64,000 nt of DNA from Pseudomonadota bacterium (GTDB lineage Bacteria; Pseudomonadota; Gammaproteobacteria; Burkholderiales; Casimicrobiaceae): positions 12,888-76,887 of the forward strand of contig JBEPUI010000009.1 in assembly GCA_041691615.1 (NCBI GenBank). Direction: 5' to 3'. The notes beneath the pieces are model-generated. The model saw only the letters and a program-made list of their open reading frames with translations. It searched no databases and had not been told where the DNA came from. This document shows, one piece after another, positions 63,355 through 64,000 of the stretch (its first letter is position 1; every line of letters starts with the position of its first letter). The translations under genes were made by a program, and so were the position numbers.

Positions 63355-64000
63355 TTAGCGTGTCAACATAGCAATTTGCTTTTGCATTTGAGCCATCGCC
63401 TCCTCCAGCGCGGCTATGCGCGCATCCTTTTTCTGCAACTGGCCGTCCAGCTTGGCGTTCAGGCCCTGGATCGCGGCCAGCGCCACACCTTCGGCGTCGA
63501 TCAGCGTGATGGACTTGTCGTCGCTACCAAGACCAAAGGCCGCACGGAATTCCTGCGAGAACGTTCCCATGTGTCGGATCTCCGGCGATTCGTGCATGTA
63601 GCGCCAGCGCATCACGGGCAGCGCCAGCGCGCGGGCGAGCACATCCTCGGTATCAATCGGGGAGAAATCGCGCTTCACATCACGCGAGCTGGTGCAGGCC
63701 CAGCTGCCGCCGCCGGCCACGATGGAACAACCGGTCGAGCCGTCCTTGTTGGACAGCATGCGGATCCCGCCGCTCGCCCCCACCAGGAATTCGTTGGGGA
63801 TAGCGGTACTGATGTCGATCTCCGTGTTGTCGCCGAATACAAATGAACCGAATGCCGTCGCTTCCGTTTTTGCTCGGTAGCCAAGCGCAACCGAACGCCC
63901 ACCTGCCGCGGTGTTGTTCGCGCCGCCAGGTACCGTTGAATTGTCGCCGCTGGCGGAATTGAAAAAACCTCCGCCAACCGACGCATACATGCCCGTAGCC
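63355..64000 (-). CDS. Fibre/adhesin-like protein 3 (C-terminal part; 5' end outside the window)
   Basis: GGxxN repeats, SFVFGD..NEFLVGASGGIRM, SSRDVKRDF S74 domain and coiled coil. Confidence 0.8.
   Translation of the reverse strand, partial: ATGMYASVGGGFFNSASGDNSTVPGGANNTAAGGRSVALGYRAKTEATAFGSFVFGDNTEIDISTAIPNEFLVGASGGIRMLSNKDGSTGCSIVAGGGSWACTSSRDVKRDFSPIDTEDVLARALALPVMRWRYMHESPEIRHMGTFSQEFRAAFGLGSDDKSITLIDAEGVALAAIQGLNAKLDGQLQKKDARIAALEEAMAQMQKQIAMLTR

Larger units (their letters stand above)
58200..64000. mobile_element. Accessory/genomic-island region (probably two relics); no integrase within the window
   Basis: Abrupt AT enrichment after tRNA-Ser, arm-type repeat pairs, Lar-like gene, displaced tRNA/tmRNA 3' end, SRAP stumps and orphan genes. 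Confidence 0.7.

Noticed and set aside
60777-64000. Diversity-generating retroelement acting on the fibre C-termini
   Set aside because: No reverse transcriptase in the window. Differences between the paralogous 3' regions are largely synonymous rather than adenine-specific, and they fall in the chaperone.
60777-64000. Prophage tail-fibre module
   Set aside because: The two complete proteins carry Sec signal peptides and SLH-like N-termini, and no phage structural genes are visible. It cannot be fully excluded beyond the window edge.

Overview
This is a high-GC, betaproteobacterial-looking chromosomal segment; the taxon is inferred from gene order such as pepA-holC/lptFG, dapA-bamC-purC, alr-lplT-hldD and tsaB-rimI-UDG. 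Positions 1-58,200 are mostly core genes: aroF (partial), holC, pepA, lptFG, rplU-rpmA, ispB, tRNA-Pro(CGG), an FbpABC-like ABC importer, ndh, mutS, slyD, roxA-like, purC, bamC, dapA, clpB, kynA/kynU, a peptidase plus NatAB-like exporter, ybbAP-tesA, mnmH, DUF1800/DUF1501, cysM, two comEA-like genes, hldD, alr, lplT, lemA-TPM-TPM, UDG, rimI, tsaB, rlmD, yccA and tRNA-Ser(TGA). From about 58,200 to the window end is an accessory, visibly more AT-rich region. It holds integration relics: paired arm-type repeats, a Lar-like zinc finger, and a displaced tmRNA/tRNA-like 3' end with its terminator. It also holds two SRAP gene stumps and a tandem array of three exported fibre-like proteins; the two complete ones read signal peptide - Cys-containing SLH - Gly/Asn repeat head - peptidase S74 chaperone, and the third is cut by the window edge. 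The two most notable observations are (1) a complete-looking, apparently leaderless Trp/Tyr/Phe-sensing ribosomal attenuator upstream of the DAHP synthase gene and (2) the SLH-anchored S74 fibre array in an island of a diderm proteobacterium. All calls come from reading the sequence and the ORF track; no database searches were run.
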